From Vairimorpha necatrix (lineage: Eukaryota), in the NCBI GenBank assembly GCA_036630325.1, contig CP142737.1:558001-622000 (forward strand): a DNA stretch of 64,000 bases. Direction: 5' to 3'. Below the pieces are notes generated by a model. That model was not told where the DNA came from. It saw only the letters and a program-made list of their open reading frames with translations, and made no database searches. The translations under genes and the position numbers were made by a program. Positions 23,186 to 34,886 of the stretch are shown here, in pieces (position 1 is the stretch's first letter; each line of letters starts with the position of its first letter).

Positions 23186-26100
23186 TGTGTTTATCATAAT
23201 GATGGGTTAAAATTATCAAATCAATAACATTCCCCTCTAAGATGGTTAGTCTAACTTTATCCATAACTCAAGCAGACTTTTTAGATCAAAGTGCCTTTTC
23301 TTTACATATCTTCAATTTACTAGCCTAACTACAAAATAATCTTTGCCACATCTCTCTATAACTTTTCTAATCTTTAAAAACCCACCTTTCGAATATTAAT
23401 CCACACCTTTCAAGTTTCCCTTCATAGCTATTCTCACGCACTCACCTACATAAAAATTTTCTCACTTCTCCTTGTCAAACAGTTTTCCAAATTTCCTAAG
23501 TGAGCTATTTTCAATCATTACATAACCAGTTTTATGTTCCTTCGCTTCTATTGGTGCACATTTTAGTGCTGTGTGATAACTCATATTATTTTTTCAATAC
23601 TTCTATGATCTTCTCTGCAAATGTACCAGCTTTGGTCTTCAGAATGCTCTCTCGCAGCGTACCTATAACCCTCTCAACTCTACCATTACTCCTGTACGAT
23701 TCGACACTTACTTTCCTATGTTTAATTTTTAGTCTGTTGAACAACTCCTCTAAGCCCTTCATTGATAAATTCTCACCCATTATCTGCTATAATCTCTTCG
23801 GGCTTTTTTCCTCGTTCACACAACTTACTTTTAAATTCTGTCACATTCATTCCGGCCTTGTTCACCATTGCCGTGCTTCGTACTCTTCGTGTGAAATAAT
23901 CTATCGCAACCAATACATATTTACCTGCGTCTCTTAAATTAATGAGATTCAAAGCACCCTTTTCAAAAACACGTCGTGTATATCAAACTCAAATCCACAG
24001 AGTCTTTTTATATTTTTTATTTGACACTGTAGACACTTTCGAATTGTCTCATTTATGTCTTTTTTATTTCGGGCCAATAAAACCTTTCCCGCATCGCGTA
24101 ATATACAGTTGTCATACATCTGTGTCCAAATTTTACGTGGTATTCCGGCATCGAACTCTTACTTATCTCTTCTGGCGGTATTTAGACTTTCCGTCCCAAA
24201 TCAAATCTCCAGTATTTTTTTTCTGCGTCCTCGAAGTGCGCTTTCCACTTCACTCTATCTGCTTGGTGGTCCTTTCTCTGATTTTCTTTTCATTGGATTC
24301 CATATGTATCCTACTTAATGCGTTAGCCCCCACCGTTTCTTCTGGTATTTATATTCTATGGTGAAGTCAATTCCTAATCTTTTCAATCAATCTATTTATT
24401 CTTGTTATTAAAACACGGTTTATTTCTAATCTCAATTAGGGGCTTATGGCCCGTCTCTATTTTAGACCCTAACGTGCAACCCGTTTTCAAATATTTTTAT
24501 CCATCGTAATACCGCGTACGTTTATTTCTCCAATATGTACATCTGGTCTCTGTAGGTGTTAACTTTTTGAGCTCCATTGTATTGCTACCCATCCAACTTT
24601 CTCGAACCACTAAAGTAACACAGCTCTTATTCCTACATTGCTCGCATCTGTTCGCAATATATATTCCTCCTATGATTTGACAGTCTAAGTTTCCCATCGC
24701 TTATAAAACATCTTCGGCTCTACTAACTCTGTTCATTTAGCCGTCCATTCCCAATATTTATCTTTACCTCTCAAGTTATCTGTCAGATAAATATTAATGC
24801 CGGTATTCTTTATACAGTACTTAATCCTTTTGTCATTCCTAGAAATTCTTGTGTTTTCCTTACACTTGTTGGCTACGGAAATTTCAACTCCCCGTTCTTC
24901 TTTATTTTATTTGCTTCAATATCTGTGCCATTCAATGTGACTTCTAAGAGCTTAACTAACTGTTGGCAAAACTGTGTCTTCTCAAGATTTAATCAGATTT
25001 AATGCCTTTTTAATCTTTCTAAAGCTTCCATTACTAGCTTGTCATGCCTTCATTTGGTTCTAGCATGTATAACGATGTCGTCCATATATACCTCCACTTC
25101 TTCTCCTTGTAAATCTTCAATTATTTTGTTCATTATTCATTGTAATATCTGCGGGGAATTTTTATATGATTTTAATACTGTTTCATTCATATAACTTTCT
25201 GTTAATTTTAAAGGTTGTTTCGTGCTTGTCCGCTTCTTCAATCTCTACGTGGTAAATCCTCTTCTTCAGATCTATTACGGTAAACCATTTAGACCTCTGT
25301 GTGACTCCAATGTCGTCCCTAATACTTGACAACTCATACGGATCTTTTTTTTTCAAGTCATTAAAACTCATTAGATTACTCACAAACCTAACTCCTCCGT
25401 TAGGTTTTACTGCAGCCCTAATTACGTTCCTCAACTCGGATGTTTATCTTCTTATAGTCTTTTTTTCTTCTGAACTTTTTATGTATTTTTCAGTATTCTC
25501 CGTCAATGCCCGTGGAAAAGTTTGTCCTCTTTTAACTATTTTCCCCCAAGTGGCGTCTCAATTTTACATTTCTCATTCTTACAGTGTAAGATCTCTTCCT
25601 GCCGTAGGTCAAAAATCTCTTTGAACTTAGCCTTTATATCTTCAATGAAAACCCCCTTTTTTTCACCTTCTTATTCCTTTACTTTCTACTTTTTGCTAAT
25701 CCGCATTTCATATATTATTGAGCGCTAAGTCCTGTGCTTGTAGATTCACTCTTTTATGAACACTTAAATACGGGTTAAAATTTTATTTTTATTAACTTCT
25801 TTACAAAGCAATCTCTCGCCATGTGCCCGAATCCATCACAGTAAAAACAATCTCTACTTCTTACTTTCGTGATTTCTTCCCTTATTTTTCCTAATGCTTC
25901 TTTATTTGTCAGCTTCTCTCTAACTGTTCCTCTAACGACTCTGCTATTATTTCCCTCGTCCTATATGTGTCTTCTTCTTTAATTCGTCCTTTCTAACCTT
26001 CTTTTCTATTTCTTTAATAATTAAGGACCATCTATCTTCTTCCCTTTATATTCTTTCTACCATAAGGTTCTTTACTTCCTCCGATACCATTGAATAAATT

Positions 26101-26278
26101 CTTGTCTTTCATATATACTCATCTACTCATCCGAATCTAGCTTATAAACTATTCTCTTGATTTCATGTCGCATTTTCCATGCCTCTTGAACGGCCATCAC
26201 TTGTTGACGCTCGATTTGGTATCGCTTCATGTATTTATTTATTATTTATTTAGGTAAAAATTATCAAAATATATAACA
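23186..26278 (-). mobile_element. Decayed Ty3/gypsy element, sister of 30508-33691
   Basis: Short diverged LTRs at 23186-23229 and 26230-26278, near-TSD TAAAA/TAGAA and PPT AGAGGGGAA. Remnants CFYCDGFGHMARDC, KDPYEL, FTVIDLK, YMDD and RSNGRVERVIGT. Confidence 0.88.
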
Positions 26279-26959
26279 TAGAATATATTTACAATTATTT
26301 TCCTTCAAATTTCTCAGTTTTCTCCCCTACAATTATTTAAATATCTTATCCTGAGAAGAATACGATTATGACGACAAAGGTGAGATAAACGCCGAAAACT
26401 ACAAAAAAATAAACAATAATATTATAGACACGTTTATCAATGGTGGATACTACAAATAATAACACCGATTAATACTAACCTTACCCATACGCTGTTGCTG
26501 ATATTGGTTGAGAACATAAAATTGCAAATCATGAACAAAAATTTACAAATATTGAGGAATCCTACCACTTTATAAGAATGTAAATGTGTCATATCAAATC
26601 AGATATTAAAACTTTAAAAATAAGGAAATCAAATTTCGTGCTGTAAACTATAGTTGAGGTAAATTAATTCTAAATTAGAAAATCAAGATATATCATGAGC
26701 TTTTATAACTTTTTCTACACATTCTCTGCAAATGTAAGATTGAAATGTTTTTCTTAAGTTTAAAATGTTACTTTATGCGGTAAACTTACGCTGAACATTA
26801 GAATTCCCAAACTTAAAGAATTTTGAAATGTGTTTGGAATAAAGTAAATGAAAGAAACTTTTGGATGTACAACATTTATGATGCAAATATATGTCTTACA
26901 GATTGTTCTACAATTTCTGTTATCTTTTTTCTCCCTTCAAACTGGAAATATGTTTAATT

Positions 26960-28268
26960 TAAAGCATTTTCACCTTTTCCCCTCCCCTTAACAATATAAA
27001 TACAGAATTTTTTATTTTTATCCATTATTTTCGAAATTCAAAATCGAAAAAACGAGAAGGAGAAAAACTCGAAAAAAGTCGCAATAAAAGTTTATTACAT
27101 AAACAAATAAAAAATTATATGGATTTATTTTGTCTCTAAACATCAGTATTTAACATTTATAACTTCAAAACCTTTCTATTGAATAAAAAATATTAAATTA
27201 TCAAAAACCTTATTATAATTTAAAATTTGATTTTTGAAGTTTTATACAAGATTTCAAAGAACAAAATTTCATAATTATCGTATTTACTATCTATAAATTA
27301 TATAAATGCTCTTAGAAACGCCCTACTTATGTTAAATAACGATGAAATCATTAATTTATACGAATCAATAAAATGCAAATTACTTCAAAAACCACGAAGT
27401 AAATGTTTTTATCCAGTAAAACTTAGGATAAACAAATAAAATGCTGTAAGATGCATAAATAAAAAATGCCAAAAGGAAAGAAGTCTTTTTAAAAATTCAG
27501 TTTTCGCCAAAACGCACCTAGACTATATCTTAATGATAAAGATCCTAAACTTATGAATGACTAAAATTTCGCCGATACTTATCGCCAAGTTGTAATACAT
27601 CGATCCATGTGTTGTTACTAGATGCCTTCGTCAATTCAAACTGAATCTAGCTTATTGCAAATACATGAAAAAAACAACAACTCTAGTCGGTGGTCTGAAT
27701 AAAGTACTCGAAATCGATAAAAGTAAATTTGGAAAGCGTAAATATAACGTAGGTCACAAAGTTGAAGGAGTCTGGATTTTTGGAATGGTTTAAAAGACAC
27801 TAGAAAGGAAAGTAATTTTACTTCCTGTTCTAAATAGATCGAAAGAAATACTTAAAAAGTTAATAATGTTATATATTAATAAGGACTCCACAGTGCACTC
27901 TGACATGTGGAATGGGTACTCTAAAATGGAAGAGTACATCAAGAAACATGCTACTGTAAACCATAGCAAATTCAAAGAACCTATAACTAAGGTACACACT
28001 AATACAATAGAAGGAAATTGGGCAGCAATTAAACATCACGCTCCTGTTAGATGTAAGACTAAGAATCTAATTTTGTCATATTTGTTGAGATATATGCTTT
28101 TAAAAAATTTTAAAGATGATTATTTAACATATTTAGTAAATTTAATTTTTTAATATTTTTTCGAGTTTTTTTCCTTCTCGTTTTTTCCATTTTGAATTTC
28201 GAAAATCAAGGATAAAAATAAAAAATTCGTATTTATATTGGTAAGGGGGGATAAAGTGAAAATTAGCC
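26960..28268 (+). mobile_element. Merlin with long (~110-bp) imperfect TIRs, decayed
   Basis: Inverted CCCCTTA..ATATAAATAC..TTCGAAATTCAAAAT..AACGAGAAGGA..AAAAACTCGAAAAAA blocks, GTTTAATT at both flanks, and motifs SKFGKRKYNVG, HSDMWNGY and HTNTIEGNW. Confidence 0.85.
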
Positions 28269-30507
28269 GTTTAATTTATATTTGCTAAAAAGCATTTAGG
28301 CAATTTGTCATAAGAATAACACAATGAGTAATAAACAATCTTCGAATAAAACATCTTTTTCTAAAAAGCCCAGTATTTCTTGTCTTTGGACTAACACGAC
28401 AACCATTATTTCGAACAGCCCTTAAGCCAATTTTTCTTTTGGCTTATCTGATGCCGTTCCCCCATTCAAAAAATAAATATCCCTCTACATACACATAAAA
28501 GAATTTCTTTTAAATATTTAACATGCTTTACACAATCTATTAATTTATTTGAGACCCGAACTTAGTCTAATTTATATAATTTACGGTTTTAAAACTTTTT
28601 AATATTTGAGCAATTCACATACCTTTTTTTTCATAACTAGCAAAATATATCATCTTGCTTCTTAATCTTATTTTTTAACGTCCCTTTCTTCTTTCATACA
28701 GCAATTCACCATGTTTATAGTCTCTACTTACAGATAAACTTTGATTTTATTTAAGTAGTTCATTTTCGATTGTTGCTCTATAACTTCTTAATAAATAATC
28801 TGGTCTCATGAAATTTTTTTAAAATGTCTTAGTTGATAAATATAACTTCACTAACAAACTTTCCTTTATCCTTCCCCATTCTATTTTTTTCTTAAACTAT
28901 TTCACTATTTTAAAATTAAAATTTGTAAATACATACATTAAAATATATTTTCTTTCTGCTGCCTTGTAAAATATAACATTACCCGGTAGATTTTTTATTT
29001 CGTCTAGTAAATAAAGAAAGGAAAAAAAAATATAAATTAACATAACAAAATAAAAACTTAAGGTTTTCTTATTACAAAATTTCTTTTTAAGACAAGACGT
29101 TTGTTTTTACTCTGCGCACCTTCTACATTCATATTTAAAATAAATATTCCGCAATTTTAATTAAAGGCAAGTATGTCACAGACTACTCTAGTTGCAGCTT
29201 TTTTCAATATAATACACATCTTTTTCACGCTAGATTTCTGTTTCAATCTACTTTTTGTATTTTGTACATTTGATATTAATTGACCTCATTATTTTGTGTT
29301 TTTTATTTACCACTATAAAAATCAAGTATAAAGGTCAGACATTCCAATCCCGACCCCTTTTGGTATCTCCTACCATAATAAAAAAATTACAGCTTGTAAG
29401 AAATACTTTTGAGAATGTAATTAAAAGAAAATTCCAACTTTTTGTAAATCAGGGCATACATTATTCTATTTTGCCTAAAAATAATTTCTTATGGGATAAC
29501 TCGAAGGGATCATTGCTAATTTGATCACGCTCATACTTTATAGATCATATACAACATCTATTAAAGCACAAATACATGCAAGAGTCTGCAAAATAACTTT
29601 TGACCCCTGATTTCCTTCAGACATAGTATTGATACCTCAAAAGGAACATACAAACCCTTATGAAAAAAAGTCTGACTCCTTTTAAGAGCGATACTGCATA
29701 TAGAAAGTATCCTCTATAGAAAATTAAGCTTTAAAGTCATATATTGCCTTCAATTTTGTCATGTTTTTTTACTTATGTTATTCAGATTTCCCCCTTATTG
29801 TTGTGGTTTATTTCAAGGGATTATTATATCTATAGCATTCTATCTCAATCAATTCCCCTTTATTTATAACCATTAAATAGGTTTTTTCGGTGCGGTTAGA
29901 AAGATACTATTTTTAATTATACCAAGTATCTGGGATGTCATGATTATTTATTATTGTTTTGCTCTAAAGCTTACTCCTTTACGGTATATATCTTATAAAA
30001 AAACATGTGCCGCTTTATTTTCTTTATTTCTTTCGCATTTAACGACATCATAAATTATAGGACTTTTTGCAAAAAAAGTACAAAAGAGGCTTGATTTTCA
30101 CTTTTAATGATTTTTTGTGTCCATACTTTTTTTCCTATGAAAAGTAAAGACATTAACCATGCAAGAACATATTTAAATAAACATTAATTAGTTTGCTATT
30201 TTTTTGCATTTTACAGATATTACAAATTATTAAGTTATTCTTTCTAGAGATTTTTGTTTTTTTTCTATATAATAGACAAAGTTAGAACTAAGTATTTTTT
30301 TTGAATTTGAGATATAGTAATTTTGAAATATTTATTCAACGAAACTAATAACTTTTCGTAAATTATCTATCCCACAGTTATTTAATGATTAATTGTGAAT
30401 TTTCAGAGTTTAAAAAATAGGATATAAAAATAGCAAAGGATAACTTTTACTAACAAAAAAAAAGAAACCCCCCCCCATTGCTGTATAATTTTGTATTCTA
30501 TATCTAA

Positions 30508-30556
30508 TGTGTTTATTTTCCATAATGAGGGGTAAAAATAATAAGGATATATAACA
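30508..30556 (-). repeat. 3' LTR (49 bp)
   Basis: TGTTATATATCCTTATTATTTTTACCCCTCATTATGGAAAATAAACACA on the minus strand, identical to 33643-33691. Confidence 0.95.
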
Positions 30557-30583
30557 TCCCCCCTCCAAGACGGTAGTCTCATA

Positions 30584-33500
30584 CTAGAACTCATTAATCC
30601 CAAGCAGACCTTTTAAATCATAATGCCGCTTTTTCACGATCCTACCATTTTCCAAACTAACTAAGTACGAGTCACCTCCGCAAACTTCCTTGATAACACC
30701 ATATCCTAAAAACCTTCCTTTCTCATACTTACTACAACCCGATAAGTTCTCTTTCTTCGCTATCCTAACTCTCTGACCTTTATAGAATTTCTCTCTTTTG
30801 CGAGCCACAAACCTCCTACTATAAAATCCTTCAGGTCCATTCTCGATCATAACATGGCCCGTTTCGTCTCTTGAGGCCTCAAACGGTGTACATCTCAACC
30901 CTTCATGATAGCTGTTATTATAACGCCATATACATCTATTAACCTTGGCTTCAAAATCCACAGCATCATCTTTCAATATTCCTTCTCTTATGGTTCCTAT
31001 TACCCTTTCCACTCTTCCATTACTTCTATGACTTTCTACGCTTACTTTCCTATGTAATACATTTTCCTCTGAACACCAATTCCTCATATATTCATTACTA
31101 AATTCTTTACCGTTGTCAGTAATTATTTCGACCGGTTTCATTCCTGATCCACACAACTGTTTTAAAAATCCTACAACCGAGCTTCCGCGTTTGTCCTCTA
31201 TTACTTTTCCCCAAACGATCCTAGTATAATAATCAATCACGACCAACACATATTTCCCTAAATCTCTAAACTCAATCAAATCCAAAGCAACCTTTTCCAA
31301 ATAAAATCTTGAACTAACAAAATCACAACCACCACTCTTTTTCCTATTATATATTTGGCAAACTTCACACTTCTTTAAAACATCCTCGATATCCTTCTTC
31401 ATACCCGGCCAATAAAATTCAAACTTCATTGCATAGTACACTGATCCTAAACTTCTATGTCCCAAATTTTCATGAGCATTGACAATTAAACCTTCACGCA
31501 ATTCTTTCTTTGGAATCTCCGCTTCTCTACCAGAGTCAAATACCCAAATTTCCTTCCCATCAACAACTTTAACATGCTTGTCCCATTTACCCTGTGCCTG
31601 TTTAATACTTCTCTCCTTATTCATTAGCGTTTTCTCATTTTCATGTACCCTACTCAGTGCATCTGCTACAACCATGGTACTAGGCTCTCTATATTCAATG
31701 CTAAAGTCGAACTCTTGAATCTTTTCAATCCACCTGTTAATTCTATTATTGTTAAATGCTGGTTTATTTCTAATCTCGATCAATGCCTTATGATCAGTTT
31801 CTACCCTAAATCTTCTTCCGCGTAGTTCATATTCAAACTTTTTAATTCCCCAAAAGACTGCATACATCTCCTTCTCACTGATTCCATATCTCGTTTCCGT
31901 AGGCGCAAACTTTTTTGATGCCCACTGTACTGGTACCCAATTACCTTGATCATCTTCCTGCATTAAAACAGCACCCATTCCAACATTACTCGCATCCGTG
32001 CGTAACAAAAATTCCTTATTATAATTAACAATTGCTAAACCTTTTAAATCCCTAATCACTTCCCTTAAACTAATATATTCTTTTTCCATTTCTTCTGTCC
32101 ATTTCCAATTACTTCCTCGTCCTTTAAGAGAATCCGTCAACGCCAATGTACGTTTTGCATAATTATCAATATGATTTCTAAACCATCCAGCCAGCCCAAG
32201 AAACTTCCTAACATCTGATACACACTCCGGTTTGGGAAATTCTAACGCTTCATTTTGCTTTATTTCAGATGGCAGTATCTCCTTGCCATTAACTGTTACT
32301 CCTAACAACATCACCTCTCGTTTACATAATTGAACCTTAGCCAAATTAATTTTCATACTATTCTCCTCTAATATATCCACAGCCTCTTTCAACAATTTGT
32401 CGTGACCCTCTCTTGTCTTACTATGAATTACAATATCGTCCATATAAATTTCGATTCCCTTACCAATAAATTTTTCAAAAATCCCATTCATTATTCTTTG
32501 TAATATCTGCGGTGAGTTTTTAAACCCCATGACCATCGAATTCCACTCGTATACCTTTTTATTAAACTCAAAAGCCGTCTTAAACCTATCCTTCTCTTCA
32601 ATCTCAATACTATAAAACCCCTCCTTTAGATCTATCACGGTAAAAAATTCAGATCCCTGTGTACTTCTAATAACATCTCTTATCCTAGTTAACTCATAAG
32701 GATCCTTCTCTACAATGTCATTAAGAGCAATTAAATTACTTACTAATCTTATATCACCATTCGGTTTCTCAATCGCTCTAATGGGATTTCTCCAGTCAGA
32801 TGTCGACCTTCTAATTATCTTTCTTCTTTCCAAACTATTAATATAATCTTCCGTCTTCTTCAACAAAGCCTGAGCTATAGCCTGCCCTTTTTTAACAACT
32901 TTCTTGCCTTCTTGAGTCTTGATAATACATTTTTCAACCTTACAAAAACTAATATCTTCATCCTCTCTTCCTCCTACCCGTGAAATAATCTCCTCTAAAT
33001 ACGCGATGCCTCTTACATCCCTTCTCAACAGAACTCTCTTATTATTGTCCCTTTTGCTATAATCTTGTATATCCCCTGAATTTTTCTTCTTACGTTTCCC
33101 ACCATCAACATTATAATAATCACATTTGTCCGAATTGGAATCGTCATCACATTTACCCTCTAAGTCTAATTGCACTTTACATTTACCAACATAATTAAAA
33201 CTACTTTTATTTCTTCTGTCTTCAGAATCTCGCCTCATTCCCCTACAAAATCTAACACTATGGCCTAACTTCCCACAATTGTAGCAACGCATATTCTTTT
33301 TATTTTCCTCACGAGACAACTTATTCTTCTCCTCAAATTTAGCCCATAACGCTAGGGACAACTCTTCAAATTCTTTTTTTCGACCTTGTTCCTTTTCCTC
33401 CTGAATAGCTAGCAACTCTAATTTTTCCTTAATTTCCTTCCAACTACCCTCTTGCGAGATCCTCTCAACAATAAAATTTCTCAATAAAATAGAACCTCTC

Positions 33501-33658
33501 CTAAAAATTTCTAATTTAAATCCACACTCATCAATTTTCTCTAAAAACAACTCATAAACAATCCTTTTAACCTCTTTTAATAATATTCTAACCTCTTGGC
33601 CACGGTCCTCCTTTGTAGACCCATTTTCTGGTATCGCCCCCATGTGTTTATTTTCCAT
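30584..33658 (-). CDS. Single Gag-RT-RNaseH-integrase polyprotein (1024 aa), no recognisable protease
   Basis: CYNCGKLGHSVRFC knuckle, YMDD, RTDAS/EKE/TDH RNase H motifs, H..H..CEVC, and the DDE motifs ALDL/TDNGKEF/NGRVER. No D[TS]G lies between the knuckle and RT. Confidence 0.95.
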   Translation of the reverse strand: MENKHMGAIPENGSTKEDRGQEVRILLKEVKRIVYELFLEKIDECGFKLEIFRRGSILLRNFIVERISQEGSWKEIKEKLELLAIQEEKEQGRKKEFEELSLALWAKFEEKNKLSREENKKNMRCYNCGKLGHSVRFCRGMRRDSEDRRNKSSFNYVGKCKVQLDLEGKCDDDSNSDKCDYYNVDGGKRKKKNSGDIQDYSKRDNNKRVLLRRDVRGIAYLEEIISRVGGREDEDISFCKVEKCIIKTQEGKKVVKKGQAIAQALLKKTEDYINSLERRKIIRRSTSDWRNPIRAIEKPNGDIRLVSNLIALNDIVEKDPYELTRIRDVIRSTQGSEFFTVIDLKEGFYSIEIEEKDRFKTAFEFNKKVYEWNSMVMGFKNSPQILQRIMNGIFEKFIGKGIEIYMDDIVIHSKTREGHDKLLKEAVDILEENSMKINLAKVQLCKREVMLLGVTVNGKEILPSEIKQNEALEFPKPECVSDVRKFLGLAGWFRNHIDNYAKRTLALTDSLKGRGSNWKWTEEMEKEYISLREVIRDLKGLAIVNYNKEFLLRTDASNVGMGAVLMQEDDQGNWVPVQWASKKFAPTETRYGISEKEMYAVFWGIKKFEYELRGRRFRVETDHKALIEIRNKPAFNNNRINRWIEKIQEFDFSIEYREPSTMVVADALSRVHENEKTLMNKERSIKQAQGKWDKHVKVVDGKEIWVFDSGREAEIPKKELREGLIVNAHENLGHRSLGSVYYAMKFEFYWPGMKKDIEDVLKKCEVCQIYNRKKSGGCDFVSSRFYLEKVALDLIEFRDLGKYVLVVIDYYTRIVWGKVIEDKRGSSVVGFLKQLCGSGMKPVEIITDNGKEFSNEYMRNWCSEENVLHRKVSVESHRSNGRVERVIGTIREGILKDDAVDFEAKVNRCIWRYNNSYHEGLRCTPFEASRDETGHVMIENGPEGFYSRRFVARKREKFYKGQRVRIAKKENLSGCSKYEKGRFLGYGVIKEVCGGDSYLVSLENGRIVKKRHYDLKGLLGINEF

Positions 33659-33691
33659 AATGAGGGGTAAAAATAATAAGGATATATAACA
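33643..33691 (-). repeat. 5' LTR (49 bp) containing the polyprotein start codon
   Basis: Identical to 30508-30556. The ATG at 33658 is preceded by CCCC. Confidence 0.95.
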
Positions 33692-34676
33692 TCTAAATTA
33701 TTATGGAAAGTTAAGTATTAGTTTTGTTTTTCTGTAGATACTTATGTAATTGTATTTTGTGTATTATGAATGGTTTGTCGAACAATAGAATTATATTGGA
33801 AACACGTAAACACAAGAACATATTACGAAATATGAGGAGAAAAAATGTGCATGTTATAAATTTGTGTTATTAACGTTACGTTTATATTCAAAACAAATAC
33901 ATTACATATTTTGCTCTATACGCCATTATTATATACTTGCATTGGTTCCTGAACTTAGTGAAATTTAAAATAAAGAAATTATGAAGTTTTAAAAATAAAC
34001 ATTACTTTATAAAATTTTTTAGTTGTATGGGGTTTAGTTATAACACACATTGCGACAAGGTATTAGCTTTAAATGTATTTGAAAATTATGAGTATAAATA
34101 GGGCCCTAAAACAAACATGATTGCAAATAAACGTTTTTTCCGCTGTATTCGATTAATTTTTTTGCGACATTTTAAAAATACACTCAAATTTTATAAGGAT
34201 TAAATAGTGTTAGATATTAATTTAATTTTCAATCAAATAATATAGACAAGGGTAATAACCAGCGATTAAGTTTTATTAGTTGCATATAGGACAATTAATA
34301 AACGCATTTGTTTTTATACGCTCTGTACAATTATAATAATAATAAATTGATTTTGTTGAATATGCTAGATTTAATTTAAAGTATTTAATCATCAATCTAG
34401 TTCTATTTTTAAACTGGAGGTTTTAATTTACTTTTAGTAAAATCAAAAGATATGGTCTTTTCAGCTTTTTTGTATCAAATAAAATGAAACAATAAAAAAT
34501 TAAGACTGGTACATAACTGTAATTGACTATACTTTCTAATTATTTATAAATTTAAATATTGTATTTTGCTTTATATTATTAGTTAAATTTCTTCAAAATT
34601 CAATTTGGTTATTCTTTTAAATTGAATTTTTTAAAAAAAATTATTGCGAATAAATTATTTAAACGGAGGGGTGACT

Positions 34677-34886
34677 ATGTCAATGAATATTAAATATACC
34701 TTACCATTAATATTATTTTATCTTAAATCTAGTTTTTGCAGTTCGAACGAATCATTAGATGACGGGGAATACGAAGAAATAGAATTTACACCTGCTGATA
34801 TTAGTTATTTGAATGATTTATATCTGGAAATTATGGCCTTAAGGAAGGATCTTAGAGATTTAATCTTGAGATTAAACCAACTGTAA
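34677..34886 (+). CDS. Small putative secreted protein (69 aa), paralog of 54757-54951
   Basis: Signal-like MSMNIKYTLPLILFYLKSSFC, acidic linker, Leu-rich amphipathic helix, and a GGG motif before the ATG. Confidence 0.7.
   Translation: MSMNIKYTLPLILFYLKSSFCSSNESLDDGEYEEIEFTPADISYLNDLYLEIMALRKDLRDLILRLNQL

Larger units (their letters stand above)
30508..33691 (-). mobile_element. Intact, very compact Ty3/gypsy LTR retrotransposon (3,184 bp)
   Basis: Identical 49-bp LTRs at 30508-30556 and 33643-33691, TSD TCTAA on both sides, PBS TGGGGGCGATACCAG and PPT GGAGGGGGGA. Confidence 0.97.

Noticed and set aside
28300-29960. Faint gag/integrase-like remnants
   Set aside because: Too decayed to delimit or classify by eye.
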